DNA from: Hypanus sabinus | Lineage: Eukaryota | Length of the DNA stretch: 64,000 bases | NCBI RefSeq assembly: GCF_030144855.1 | Contig: NC_082709.1 | Location: 148,428,001 to 148,492,000 of the forward strand | Direction: 5' to 3' | Shown here: piece by piece, positions 12,860-25,199 of the stretch | Layout of the letters: each line of letters starts with the position of its first letter | Numbering within the stretch: position 1 is the stretch's first letter | The notes under the pieces: generated by a model | The model's input: only the letters and a program-made list of their open reading frames with translations | What the model was told of the DNA's origin: nothing | Database searches by the model: none | Program-made: the position numbers and the translations under genes

Positions 12860-13055
12860 ATCCTGCATAGTAACAGGCCCTTCCAGCCCAAGAAGCCCGG
12901 GCTGTCTAACTTCAACCACGTGACCAATTAACCCAATGACCCGGAAGTCTTTGGAATGTGGGAGGGTGCTGATGCATCCACACGGTCATAGGGAGAACGT
13001 ACAAACTCCTGACAGATAGAGACAGAATTGGAACTGGGTTGCTGGCAATGTAATC
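12860..13055 (-). mobile_element. tRNA-derived SINE
   Basis: GGGAGAACGTACAAACTCC and GAATTGGAACTGG are reverse complements of the same SINE core and B-box. Confidence 0.7.
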
Positions 13056-13104
13056 AGAATCAGATCTTGGTTCATAATGATTGTCATAGCCATGGATAAT
13101 TATA

Positions 13105-15350
13105 AACACAAAAAAGTCTGCAGATGCTGGAAACCCAAAGCAACTCACAAATGTTCCGAAGGAACTCAACAGGTCAGGCACATGAAAACGAATAAACAGT
13201 CAATGTTTCAGGACAAGATCCTTCTTCGGGACTAGAAAGAAACTCCATAATAAAAAGAACATGGGAAGGGGAAGGAGGCTAGCTAGAAGGTGAAGCCAGG
13301 AGGGTGAGAAAGGCAAAGGGCTGGAGATGAAACAATCTGATAGGGGAGGAGAGTGGGCCACAGGAGAAAGGGAAGGAGGACAGGACACAGGGGAAGGCGA
13401 TAGACAGGTGAGGAGATTTAAAAAGCCAGAGTGGGAAATGGAAGAAGGCAGGAGGAAGGGAAAAATTACCAGAAGGAATTATTGGTATTCACGCCAACAG
13501 TTTTGGAGGCTACCCAGATGGAATATAAAGTGTTGCTCCTTCACCCTGAGGATGGTGTCATCTTGGCAGAGGAAGCCATGGACTGACATGTCGGAACAGG
13601 AATGGGAATCGGAATTAAAATGTTTGGCCACCAGGAAGTTCTACTTTTGGCGATGGAGCGGAGGTGCTTGATGAAGCAATCTCCCAATTAACAACAGGCC
13701 ATATCTGGAGCACTGGACACAATAGGTGACCCCACAGATTCACAGGTGAAGTGTTGCCTCACGTGGAAGGACTGTTTGGGGCTCTGAATGGAGGTGAGGG
13801 AGGAGGTGAGTGGGCAGATGGAGCACTTTGGCTGCTTGCAGGGGTAAATTCTGAGAGGGTTATTAGTGGGGTGGGACGAATAACAAGAACATCATGGAGG
13901 GATTAATTCCTGCAGGATATGAGGGGTCGGTAATGATATTTTAATGGTGGCATTCCTTTGGAAATGACAGAAGTTGCAGAGGTTGATGTGTTGGATGTGG
14001 AGATTGATCGGGTGGTAGGTGAGGACAAGAGGAAATGTATCACTGTGAAGCCGGCTGGAAGATGGGGTGAGCTCAGGAAATGGAGGTGCGGGTGAGGGCA
14101 GCATCAATGGTGAAGGAAGGGAAACTCCATTCTTTTAAGGAGGACGACATTTCAGGTGTCCTGGGAAACAAAGCTGCGTCCTGGGAACAGATGTGGCGGA
14201 GGCAAAGGAACTGAGAAAGGGGAATAGCATTTTTACAAGAGATGGGGTTGAAGAGGTGTAGTCAAAATAGCCGTGGGAATCAGTATATTTGTAAAAGGTG
14301 TCGATTGACAGTTTGTCTCCAAAGATCCAGAAAGGAGACGGAGGTGTCAGAAATGGACCAAGTGAATTTAAGGGCAGGGTGGAAGCTAAAAGGCAAAGTT
14401 GATGAAATTGACGAGCTCACGTGGGGCATGAGGCAGCACCAATGCAGTTGTCAATGCAACGTAGGAAGAGTTGGTGGTATTACCAGAGAAAACTTCGAGC
14501 AGACTGTTCTATGTAGCCAACAGAGAGGCAGGCATAGCTGGCTCCTATGCAGGTGTCCGTGGCTGCCACTCAAGTCTGGAGAAAGTGGGAGGAGCCTAAA
14601 GAAACATTGTTGAGAGTGAAGAACAGTTCTGCCAGGGAGGAGGGTGGTTGTGGAAGGAAATAAGTTGGTTCTTCAGTTAAGAGCTTTGATATGTTCTCAT
14701 GGGGAATGGTAGGTAATGAACATCCATGGTGAAAATAAAGCAGCCAGTGTGGAAATTGAACATTCCTGATGAGATTAAGAGCATGAGAAATGCCATGGTT
14801 GTAGGTAGGAAGGCACTAAATGGAGGGCAATAGAATGATATTTAGGTATGAGGGCACAAGCTCAGTAGGGCAGGAGCAGACAGAGACAATAGGCCAATTC
14901 GAACAGTCGGGCTTCTAGATCTTAGGTAGAAGGTAGCAATGGACAGTGCAGGGTAAGGGAGCTGTGTTTGGTGGCAGTGGATGGGAGTTCTCCAGGGTTG
15001 ATGAGGTTAGTGATGAGGTTGGAGACAGATTTTTGATGGTCCAGAATGGAGTCCTCACCAAGGGTTAGGCGTAAGGAGGCGTCTGAGTTTCCACCCGGCC
15101 TCAGCAAGGTAGAGTGTGCCCGACTACAACAGCATCTCCTTTGTCTGTGGGTTGCAGAGTAAGGTCGGGATTGGTGCATAGAGAGAGGAAGGCAGTGTGT
15201 TCAGAGGGAGTAACGTTCAAGGAGGAGAGAAGAGTGCTGAAATTGAAGAAGAGTTGATGCCTTGTCAGCAGTTTGGGGTGAAAAGGTCCAGAGCAGGCAG
15301 AGAACCAGAGTGGGGTGTCCAAGAAGAGGAGGAAGGTTAGAGGCAGGAGA
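13105..15350 (-). mobile_element. Degenerate Penelope-like element
   Basis: Reverse strand has PLVLTYHP, DKGDAVV and TLPFSFHPALKFTW relics and the pLTR end shared with other copies. Confidence 0.8.
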
Positions 15351-15479
15351 AAAGGTCAAGGAATCAGCTGCACAGGGAAATACAGAAGCCCAGGTTTTGG
15401 AGCTTTTTGATTAGAACTGAGTTGTAATCAATTAACAGCAGCCTGATGTAGGTATTACTATTGTCCAGGTGAGCCAAGG

Positions 15480-15635
15480 CCGGGAGGAGACTCAGTGAGA
15501 TTGTATCTGCTGTAGACCTACTGTGGCGATAGGCAAATTGCAGTGGGTCCAGATCTTTGCTTTGGCAGGAGTTGATTCAAGCCTTGACCAACCTCTCAAA
15601 GCTTTCACCACAGTCGATGTGAGTGCAACTGGCCC
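15480..15635 (-). mobile_element. Rex1/Babar RT fragment truncating env of element A
   Basis: GPVALTSTVVKALRGWS...TWTHCNLPI (ALTS/LDPLQFAY relic). Confidence 0.6.
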
Positions 15636-15639
15636 ACAT

Positions 15640-17140
15640 GACACAGTGTACAGAGGTAGCACAAGGCAAAACAATAACAGAATATCTGCTGTACGGAAAA
15701 CCCATACATCAAGACCTGGCAAGATGGATGGGGCTACATTTGGCAGAATAGACAATGAACAATTCTCATAAGCACTGAGGCCACAAAACACAAGTTTTTG
15801 TATTGTCATCTCTTCTGGACAAGCCCAGTGGTTTTCCCCTTTTATGTCATCTTGATAAATCTATCCCTTTCCTGCCACCATTCATAACAATTGCATGTGC
15901 TTGTGGGTTACTTAAGAATACCCAAGTCTTTACCCACATTGTGAAGTCTTTTCAAAAAGCAGGTTAAATTATTTCCATGTCGGGGAATATGGGATATAAA
16001 ACTGACATAAATCCTTCCTTTACCATCATCACAAGTACCCAGTTCTCTGTTGGTTAGTATAAGGCTTTTAATATAACACAAGGGCACTTTTCCACAAACC
16101 CTGGTTTTTGTTGCTCATCTGATATCCAATTTGGCACTCAACGTGCATCACGTTGTAATAAATTTGTACCAACCATGGCGAGCAACTAGTATATGCAGCA
16201 CAGATCTCAGCTTTATACATTCCCTTAGATATGGGATCTATGTGGTCAATTATCAAGTTCATAGTATCCTGAAGGGCTTTAGAAATGTAACTGAATCTAG
16301 AATTACTTGTGATGCACTCCGACCAATCTCAGTAGTCTGTATCTGATCGCGATAATTTTTTCCTGTAATATCCCGCATTTTCTGCTGAAGGGACTACATC
16401 TGGTTTCCTAGCTCTTTTATATCTAAGGTATTGACCAATGCAAACTTTCATGTAAAACATACTTCCACTAATTCCATTAGTCATCTCTGCTTTCTATTAT
16501 TGACCGACTTAAACTCATTTCTGCTTAGTTGTATCCCAGGAAAATGAGTAAATGACTGCCTTGTTGTTAACAAGCACCATTATTTCAGTTAGATTAAAAA
16601 TTACCTGCACTTGCTGGTACCCAGGTGCCAAATCTTCTATTCCTGATCCCACTCCTTTGTGTTACACTGGGTCTCACTACATTTAGACTCCGGTTTAATT
16701 CCAGCTACCTGGTCAATTTTACATTATTCTCATCAAATTGAATTAAACCTGTAACGCACAAGTGTAATTACTGCATTTAATTCCAGTTTCAAGTTTCAAT
16801 GGTAAATCATTTTAAGTCCATATTTTCTATCTGTTTTCCAGCCCATCCAATCCAGGCTCCCAAATGTCTTTGGACTCAAACCATCCATCTTTTTTTCACC
16901 CAATTCCATTTCAAGATAGGGGAGGCAGGAACCAACATGTTATTTTTTTTTCATTATTTTTGTGACAAAAGTCCCCTTATTCTCAGAATAAGAAAACAGA
17001 AAAATATCTCCTTGATCAGATCCATTGCCACCTTCTTGCCAAACCCAAATGAGGATTATTATATACGTTAGTTGTAAAGTCTCCAAAATTGAGACCATCA
17101 TGTACATCAATTGTTATGTGCTAATCATGATAGTATTCAT
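15640..17140 (-). pseudogene. env: env of element A, Mononegavirales-F-like fusion protein
   Basis: GYQQVQVIFNLTE..WC..FTHFPGIQLSRNEFKSVNNRKQR / ALVNTLDIKELGNQM / KAEICAAY / HWACPEEMTIQKLVFCGLSAYENC; colinear with 39657-41105. Confidence 0.75.
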
Positions 17141-17310
17141 GTTTCTCTCCCACTAGTTTCAACTGGGTGATGTGGTCACCAGAGAGGCCACTGGTTTGTG
17201 TCACTTTCCTTGGAGGAACCCCATGTTTGAGTCACTGCAGTCAGAGGGGCAGTTGGTTTGAGTCGCTGCTGTTGGACGGGCTGCTGGGTCACGATGCTCT
17301 TGATGTGGTA

Positions 17311-18613
17311 ATAAAAATGAGATAACATTTTTCAGGACCATGGTGTTACTTGACACAGTCTAGTTGAAAAACTAGACTGAACTATATAAAAAAACAACAG
17401 AGAGAAAAAAAAACACACAACAACTACACTAGACTACAGACCTACCCAGGACTGCATAAAGTGCAGGCATTACAATAAATAATAAACAGGACAATAGGGC
17501 AGTAAGGTGTCAGTCCAGGCTGTGGGTATTGAGGAGTCTGATAGCTTGGGGGAAGAAACTGTTATATAGTCTGGTCGTGAGAGCCCGAATGCTTTGGTGC
17601 CTTTTCCCAGACAGCAGGAGGGAGAAGAGTTCGTATGAGGGGTGTGTGGGGGCCTTCATAATGCTGTTTGCTTTGCGGATGCAGCATATAGTGTAAATGT
17701 CCTTGATGGTGGGAAGATGATCTTCTCAGCTGACCTCACTAACCGCTGCAGGGTCTTGCGATCCGAGATGGTGCAATTTCCGAACCAGGCAGTGATGCAG
17801 CTGCTCAGGATACTCTCAATACAACCCCTGTAGAATGTGATGAGGATGGGGGGGGGGGGGCGGGATGGTGGGAGATGGACTTTCCTCAGCCTTCACAGAA
17901 AGTAGAGACGCTGCTGGGCTTTCTTTGCTATGGAGCTGGTGCTGAGGGACCAGGTGAGATTCTCCGCCAGGTGAACACAAAAGAAGTTTGGTGCTCCGAA
18001 CGTTCTCTACCGAGGAGCCGTCGATGTTCAGTGAGGAATGGTCGCTCCATGCCCTCCTGAAGTCAACAACCATCTCTTTTGTTTTGTTCACATTCAGAGA
18101 CAGGTTGTTGGCTCTGCACCCGTCTGTTAGCCGCTGCATCTCCTCTCTGTAAGCTGATTCATCGTTCTTGCTGATGAGACCCACCACAATCGTGTCATCG
18201 GCAAACTTGATGATATGGTTCGAGCTGTGTGTTGCAGTACAGTCATGGGTCAGCAGAGTGAACAGCAGTGGACTGAGCACACAGCCCTGGGGGGCCCCCG
18301 TGCTCAGTGTGATGGTGTTGGAGATGCTGCTCCTGATCTGGACTGACTGAGGTCTCCCAGACAGGAAGTCTAGAATCCAGTTGCAGAAGGAGGTGTTCAG
18401 GCCCAGTAGGCTCAGCTTTCCCATCAGTTTCTGAGGGATGATTGTGTTGAATTCTGAACTAAAGTCTATGAACAGCATCAGAACATATGTGTCTTTTTTG
18501 TCCAGGTGGGTTAGGCCAGGTGCAGGGTGATGGCAATGGCGTCATCTGTTGAATGGTTGGGATGGTTATGCAAACTGTAGGGGGTCCAGTGAGGGGGGCA
18601 GCAGGGTCTTGAT
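17311..18613 (-). mobile_element. Rex1/Babar LINE (RT + 3' UTR)
   Basis: ORF 17816-18478: [32 protein letters not shown]. Confidence 0.9.
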
Positions 18614-19922
18614 ATGCCTTTCCATTCCTTTCTTGTCCCTATACTGATCCAATTTTTTTTAAATGACAAAATTGAACCTGCCTCTACCACTTCTACTGGA
18701 AGCTCATTCCACACAGCTACCACTCTCTGAGTAAAGAAGTTCCCCCTCGTGTTACCCCTAAACTTTTGCCCCTTAACTCTCAACTCATGTCCTCTTGTTC
18801 GAATCTCCCCTACTCTCAATGGAAAAAGCCTATCCACATTAACTCTATCTATCCCCCTCATAATTTTAAATTTCTTCTATTGTCCCCGCTCAACCTTCTA
18901 CGCTCCAAAGAATAAAGTCCTAACCTGTTCAACCTTTCTCTGAAACTTAGGTGCTGAAACCCAGGTAACATTCTAGTAAACCCCCTCTGTACTCTCTCTA
19001 TTTTGTTGACATCTTTCCTATAATTTGGTGACCAGAACTGTACACAGTACTCCAAATTCAGCCTCGCCAATGCCTTGTACAATTTTAACATTACATCCCA
19101 ACTCCTATACTCAATGCTCTGATTTATAAAGGCCAGCATACCAAAAGCTTTCTTCACCACCCTATCCACATGAGATTCCACCTTCAGGGAACTATGCACC
19201 ATTATTCTTAGATCACTCTGTTCTACTGCATCCCTCAATGCCCTACATTTACCATGTATGTCCTATTTTGATTAGTCCTACCAAAATGTAGCACCTCACA
19301 CTTACCAGCATTAAACTCCATCTGCCATCTTCATCCTTCAGCCCACTCTTCTAACTGACCTAAATCTCTCTGCAAGCTTTGAAAACCTACTTCATTATCC
19401 ACAACACCACCTATCTTAGTATCATCTGCATACTTACTAATCCAATTTACCACCCCATCATCCAGATCATTAATGTATATGACAAACAATATTGGACCCA
19501 GTACAGATTCCTGAGGCACACCACTAGTCAGGCCTCCAACCTGACAAACAGTTATCCTCCACTACTCTCTGGCATCTCCCATCCAGCCATTGTTGAATCC
19601 ATTTTACTACTTCAATATTAATACCTAACGATTGAATCTTCCTAACTAACCTTCTGTGTGGAACCTTGTCAAAGGCCTTACTGAAGTCCATATAGACAAC
19701 ATCCACTGCTTTACCCTCGTCAACTTTCCTAGTAACCTCTTCAAAAAATTCAATAAGGTTTGTCAAACATGACCTTCCACGCACAAATCCATGCTGACTG
19801 TTCCTAATCAGACCCTGTCTATCCAGATAATTATATATACCATCCCTCTGAGAATACTTTCCATTAATTTACCCACCACTGACATCAAACTTACAGGCTT
19901 ATAATTGCTAGGTTTACTCTTA
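18614..19922 (-). mobile_element. CR1 LINE fragment
   Basis: SCLTNLIEFFEEVT, DFSKAFDKVPH, PQESVLGPILF, YADDTK, LEYCVQFWSP, FFTQRVV.VWNELP. Confidence 0.95.
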
Positions 19923-19924
19923 GA

Positions 19925-20158
19925 TGCTGACATTTACTCTTGGTGCTCATTTTGGGTGATCTATTAATTTTTTGTGTGAAGGAGGGGATGGGGTGTTTGG
20001 GATTTGCGAGTTCTTGTTTCTTTTTCTTTTCATGCAGAGAGGGATTGATGTTTTTCTTTCTACCTATAGGGTTTTCTGTATTCTCTCACTATCTGGAGAA
20101 GACAAAATTCAGAGTTGTTTTCTGCATACATACTTTGATAATGAAATGAACCTTTGAA
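19925..20158 (+). mobile_element. LINE 3' UTR/tail fragment
   Basis: Ends ACTTTGATAATGAAATGAACCTTTGAA, like other LINE tails in the window. Confidence 0.55.
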
Positions 20159-20495
20159 CCATCCACTTTTATCCGGTGAAATCAGTACCCTGATTACTGA
20201 TGGACTTGCTTTGTTTATGATTTCATAGGGCCCCCTGCAAACCATGGATTTAAAAATGAGGTGGGTTGGTGTATTATAAGTATCACTCTTTGTCTTGGGC
20301 TTAATTCTGTGGGACTGACTTTTCAGTCAAAGTAAGCTTTGCTCTGTTGCCTTGTCTTTTGTAGTTGATGGGATGCCGCATAATCGGCCTCTTTCACTAC
20401 CTCTACCAATTATTGTACCTACTTTTCTGAAACAATCCCATCTAATTCAGCTTCTGACAAGTCCAATCCTAACAATTCCTGCACCCCAAAGAGTT
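20159..20495 (-). pseudogene. pol: Integrase C-terminus of element A
   Basis: LVEVVKEADYAASHQLQKTRQQSKAYFD...LNPWFAG(P)YEIINKASPSVIRVLISPDKSGW, continuing YHI at 17310. Confidence 0.75.
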
Positions 20496-20622
20496 AATTC
20501 TAACCATGAAAAACTTTAATACATTTTCCAAAGAAACAAGGAGAGCAATAAAAGTTTGGCAGGGGCCCCTGAAACATTAACAGATTGATGCAATCTCTTA
20601 AAGGCACAGCATCTTAAAACAG

Positions 20623-20675
20623 CTCTCTCTCCCTCTCTCTCATACACACACAAACACACACACACACACACACAC
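20623..20675 (+). repeat. (CT)n-(CA)n microsatellite
   Basis: Read directly from the sequence. Confidence 0.9.
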
Positions 20676-21027
20676 TTTCAAGTGAACTCACACGTGGCCA
20701 CATTTTACACAGTTAAAACCCACAAGCTATTCACACTTTAAACCATTCCAGAAAATTTCTTGTTGCTGTAGTTTAAATCATTTCCAAAATATTCAGTAAC
20801 AATCCAATAACACTGAGGAAAAGCGTTACTCTAAGACTTTAAAACAAATAAATGTTGAAAGTTATTCATCATGCACAACTAAACAACATTCAACAAGTTT
20901 AAAGCATGAAATCCCCACATTAACCAAAATTCCAGCATATTCTGACCCTTTGTAAACTCCAGTCACTGACTTTGTTCGGATTTAAGTTACATTAACTTTC
21001 CACTGTACATTTCTTGGTATAATGACC

Positions 21028-21102
21028 CGTATGAGCACATCTGAAACAGCCGATCTTCGCCCAGTCAACGCTCAGATCGGCTGTTTCAGATGTGCTCATA
21101 CG
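21028..21102. repeat. Perfect 29-bp inverted repeat, 17-nt loop
   Basis: CGTATGAGCACATCTGAAACAGCCGATCT (21028-21056) is the exact reverse complement of 21074-21102. Confidence 0.97.
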
Positions 21103-21622
21103 TAGAAGGGATTTTTAGAACTTGCCAGCTTTTCCTTTTATGATTTTGATCCTTCCAGAGTTCCGTTAGTGTTGGTTTCTCCTTTAGCTAAAGCCATTCT
21201 TCCATGGTAAGGCCCCAATCCCGGCAAAGGGAAAGGACGCACACAAGCCCCCCACTGGCTGTTGCTATTAAACGCTGTCACGGGATTTCTAGCGTTTCTC
21301 CTGGTGCGTCTGAAGATGTTGTTCCCCAGACCCTCTTTTATCCTTACTCACGGGGTCGCAGATGTCAGTCAGGTTGGGATAATGCAATCCCTCAACCAGC
21401 CCACTCTGGTCGTCCCCTGAGGGGTTTCAATGAATAGTACAGTACTCAATACACAATTCCGTCTCCAAGAGACAATGGCCGTTATCAATGGTTCCGCCTT
21501 TCTGGGGCCAGGACACACATTCCAAAATCTATGTATTTTGGATGTCTCTCTCTCTCTCATTTCCTGGGTCCCAGACCCGAATTAATAGCGATCTTGTGAT
21601 TCTCGAAAAGGAGGGGGCTACT
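21103..21622 (-). mobile_element. LTR fragment of a second family nested in element A
   Basis: Minus strand begins AGTAGCCCCC (TGTAG-like), has an ATAAAAG TATA-like box, is CpG-richer than the flanks and interrupts gag abruptly. Confidence 0.6.
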
Positions 21623-22983
21623 TTGTACCCTTCGGCCACTCAGAGTTGTGGCACATTCGTAACATATGAGACATTAATGTTCTTAAGCATCTAGTTGTGG
21701 GCTCTGGCTCTAAATGATTGTGATCTAATATTTGTCCATACCCCCCTTGGAAAACCATCCACAGACAGGATGCAAATGCACTGGCGTGTTCCCCTTTCTT
21801 CTGGTAACATTTATTGTAACTCATCTTTTGGGTCCTCACTGTTATTACCCATAATTGTCAGTATCACATTCTTTAACTCCTCATCTGTTTCCCCCAGCAT
21901 ATTGCTGTGTTTCTGGCAAAGCAGCATGTATATTCACACACAATCACATTATACTCAATCTTTTTTTCCGGCACCTTTTAGCCCATATATTGCTTTCTGG
22001 TATCTAATTGCTTGGAACCATTCCCGAGGATCATCCCCGGCGATATATGTCCCAATATTGTTAGCCGTCTCTCTAACTCGCTGAACTTCAAACGGTGTAG
22101 GGTGTTATATTCTGGTTTTGATTTCCTGCCCAGGCTCTTCCCTCTCTGATAGTAACTAGGGGAGCCAGGCTTCTTTTGACTGCCCTGGAATAGAGGCTCT
22201 TCACGGCAAGATCTGGTCACCTTATCTGCTAAATCATGCCAATCAATATCTCCATATTCATCCTCCTTCCCTCTTTCAGATCCAAAAGCACATATTATTC
22301 CTTTCTGTGCAGCAAATTGGTCCTTCAGCTTGTGATCTTTTTTAAACACTGCATATGATCACTAGTCTTATTTCTCTTTTCAGAAACTGATTTCTGTATC
22401 ACATTTATAGCTGCTTTTAAATCACTGTACTGTTTCTTTAACTCCTCCAGCTGTCTCTTAACTAAATTAGTTTCTTCTTCCCTTTTACTCTTTTCTTCAA
22501 CCAGTTTCTCACACTTTGGCTGAAATTGGTTCATATGCACCAAATCTATACTTCTCTGTCCCTGCAAATCAATAACTTTTCCTTTGAGTGTTTCTACCTG
22601 CTCTACCTTAGTGTCTCGCTGACATTGGAGCATTTCCTGCTGTAATCTATCTCAATTGGCATCAGCTTTTTGCCGATATCCTTTGAAAATCTCAGTGAGG
22701 CAGGCCACTGTTACTGGCTTTAGTAGCTGCTTAAATTCCTTGTCTGACAATCTTCCTTTGGCAATTTTAAAATGGCTGCCTTCACCACTGGTGTGTCCAG
22801 CATACTCCCCATATTGTGTCCATTTTCCCAATACGTACTTCCGGAGGAATTCCTTCCAATCAATCCAAGTCCTCTGGACTTGCAGAATTCCCTGAATTCT
22901 TTATCCTGGGTTTGTACTGACAAACTACCCAGCCCCCAGATCTCTCTGTTTCTCACCCACGTGGTCCGACTTGAGCCTTCCAT
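21623..22983 (-). pseudogene. gag: gag of element A: coiled-coil N-half plus capsid with MHR-like motif
   Basis: EFREFCKSRG; DLQGQRSIDLVHMNQFQ coiled coil; IGTYIAGDDPREWFQAIRYQK; CYQKKGEHASAFAS.LW. Confidence 0.7.
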
Positions 22984-23007
22984 CGATGAAGGAATTTAAA
23001 CTTTATT

Positions 23008-23023
23008 CCACCCAGAGTTGCTA
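23008..23023 (-). promoter_or_regulatory. Degenerate tRNA-Asn-type PBS of element A
   Basis: Minus strand TAGCAACTCTGGGTGG versus tRNA-Asn complement TGGCGTCCCTGGGTGG. Confidence 0.55.
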
Positions 23024-23027
23024 ATAC

Positions 23028-23545
23028 TGTTACAAGAATCACCCCTTGAAATAATGATCAGAGAGGCATTGAGAAATCTGTATTTACCAACAAGCACGTT
23101 TATTGTCTAAACTAACAAGTACGTGAATTCATACACTAAATATTTTAGTGCACACCAACTAAGTTTTCCTGTCCTTCCACAAACAGTCAAAGAACAGAAA
23201 AAGATATACCACCAGTTAAAAAGAAGTTTCTGCTGCTGGCCACTTGTTTTTTCTAGTCCCGTTTTAAACCTCCACATGTCCACGGAGCACCTCACATCCG
23301 CGAAAGTTGTTCCCCTACACAGTTACTGCTGCCTGCACACTTGAAGAGGCTGCCTTTATATTCATTTCTTATCAATTCAAATATTGCATTCCAATGCCAT
23401 TGGCTGTAGATCATGTGTCTTGACTTTTAACACCTTTTTATTAGCTCTGCTCTAGGCCAGCATCCATTTATGGCCTTCTTCCCAGCAAGTGACAATTGGA
23501 AATTTATGGATCTTTGTTCTCAGCTTGAATCACACAGACCAACAT
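23028..23545 (-). repeat. 5' LTR of element A (far end approximate)
   Basis: TGTTACAAGAATCAC...GAGGCA...TTTATTGTC shared with 38700 and 43637. Confidence 0.7.
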
Positions 23546-23919
23546 TGACAAACCTGCGTGTTATATACAACCAAAGAACACCTCACAAATAACTTCTTAT
23601 TTTGAAATAGTTTAGCAGATACCTGAGGCATCATTGTGTCTACTTTAAAACACTGATCAAGCCAAGCAATTTCATCTCACAAAATGGAGGACGTAAAACA
23701 GTTCCACAAAATGGCAGCTTGCATCTCCAAGCACATGGCAGGAGCAACGGCAATTGGTCTGTCTGCTTCCACTGTCCTTGATTCATTTGAATTCACCTAT
23801 TTGCAGACTGCAGTTCTTCCTGGCCAACATAATGGTCTGCAAATCCTGTCAGAGCCAGAGCTGGCATGCATCCATTTCCATCTCTAACCTCACTCAGAAC
23901 TGATTTTTTTTTGTCATAA

Positions 23920-24920
23920 ATTAGCCTTCCGTAGCTTGTACCTGAACATCTTGTATCGTTCTGCATCACTGAACTTGAATGCACAGATCAAGCCCTCAGC
24001 AGACTATGAATCTTCTGGTTCATCCAAGGCTTTTGGTTTGGGTATGTCTGGAATGTTCTCAAAAGCACGTGCTCATCTATACAGGTATTGATGAAGTCGT
24101 TGACTACTATAGTGTATTTCTGCAGATTTGAAAATGACTCCCTGAGTATTGTCCAGTCCACCAACTCAAAGCAGACCTGTAAGCACTCCTCCACCTCCCC
24201 CCCCCCCCCCACCACCACCCCGACCATACCTTGGTCATCCTCACCACTGTGCTGCAATCTTTAGTCTTTGTCTATACACTAGGAGTAGAAATTCAGCCTG
24301 ATGATCAAACTTTGCAAAGTCTGGGCATGGGATGGCATGGTAAGTCTCCTTGATGGTGGTATAACAGTGGTCGTGTGTTGGCTCCTCACTGGTGGTAGTT
24401 GTTCAGAGACTTCTTCAAGCTTGACTAGTTCAAATCCCCCACGATGAAGGCATCAGGGTGCACTACTTTGCGCCTGCTCCTCCAGTGCCAGCTCAACTTT
24501 GGCTGAGGTTGACTGTACACTACTACCAGGATGATGGTGGAAGCTCCCTCAGCAGATAGGATAGTATAACATTTGACTGCTAGATGTTCTAGGTCAAATG
24601 AGCAGGATTGAGACAGAAGTGCTATGTCTGTGCACCATAATGAGTTAATCATGAAGTATACTCCACTTCCTCTACCCTTGTAAGACTAAGCTGACTTGTC
24701 TTTTGCAGAGAATGGTGAAGCCATTGGGTTGCAGTGCTGTATCAAAATGAGGGGGAATAGCCATGTTTCCATGAAGCAAAGTATACGGCAGTCCCTGATA
24801 TCCCTCTTGTACAGCAATCTTGTTCTGAGGTCTTCAGTTTTACTTTCCTGAGACTGTGCATTTGCCAGTAGGATAGTTGGGACTGAGGGTTTAAGGCAAC
24901 TGCGCTTCAATTGTACCAGT
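23920..24920 (-). mobile_element. Rex1/Babar LINE fragment (endonuclease region)
   Basis: EDLRTRLLYKRDIRDCRILCFMETWL; AFIVGDLN; FPNQKPW-like. Confidence 0.75.
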
Positions 24921-25199
24921 AGACCAGTGTGCTGTACCCACTTTTGTTTCCTTAAAGGGAAGCTACATTAACAACCTAAATCTGATTTTGAGTATTGACA
25001 GATTTTTAAACATCTTAAAATGAAGTACATGCTATGACTGTGGATTGCAGCTTAGTTGTCCTAAACAGGAATATCTGATGATTCCTACTGGAGCTGCACA
25101 CAAAGTCCAGTGGCATCTTACCATAATGGCATTATTGTAACTGCTACACTACTGTGACGCTTCTGCAGATTCTATTCTGATAATTTTCTGATCAATTGC

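Larger units (their letters stand above)
15640..23545 (-). mobile_element. Retrovirus-like element A (lokiretrovirus-like), heavily interrupted, 3' LTR not seen
   Basis: LTR at 23028-~23545 homologous to the element B LTRs, PBS, gag, integrase C-terminus and F-like env in colinear order on the minus strand. Confidence 0.8.
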
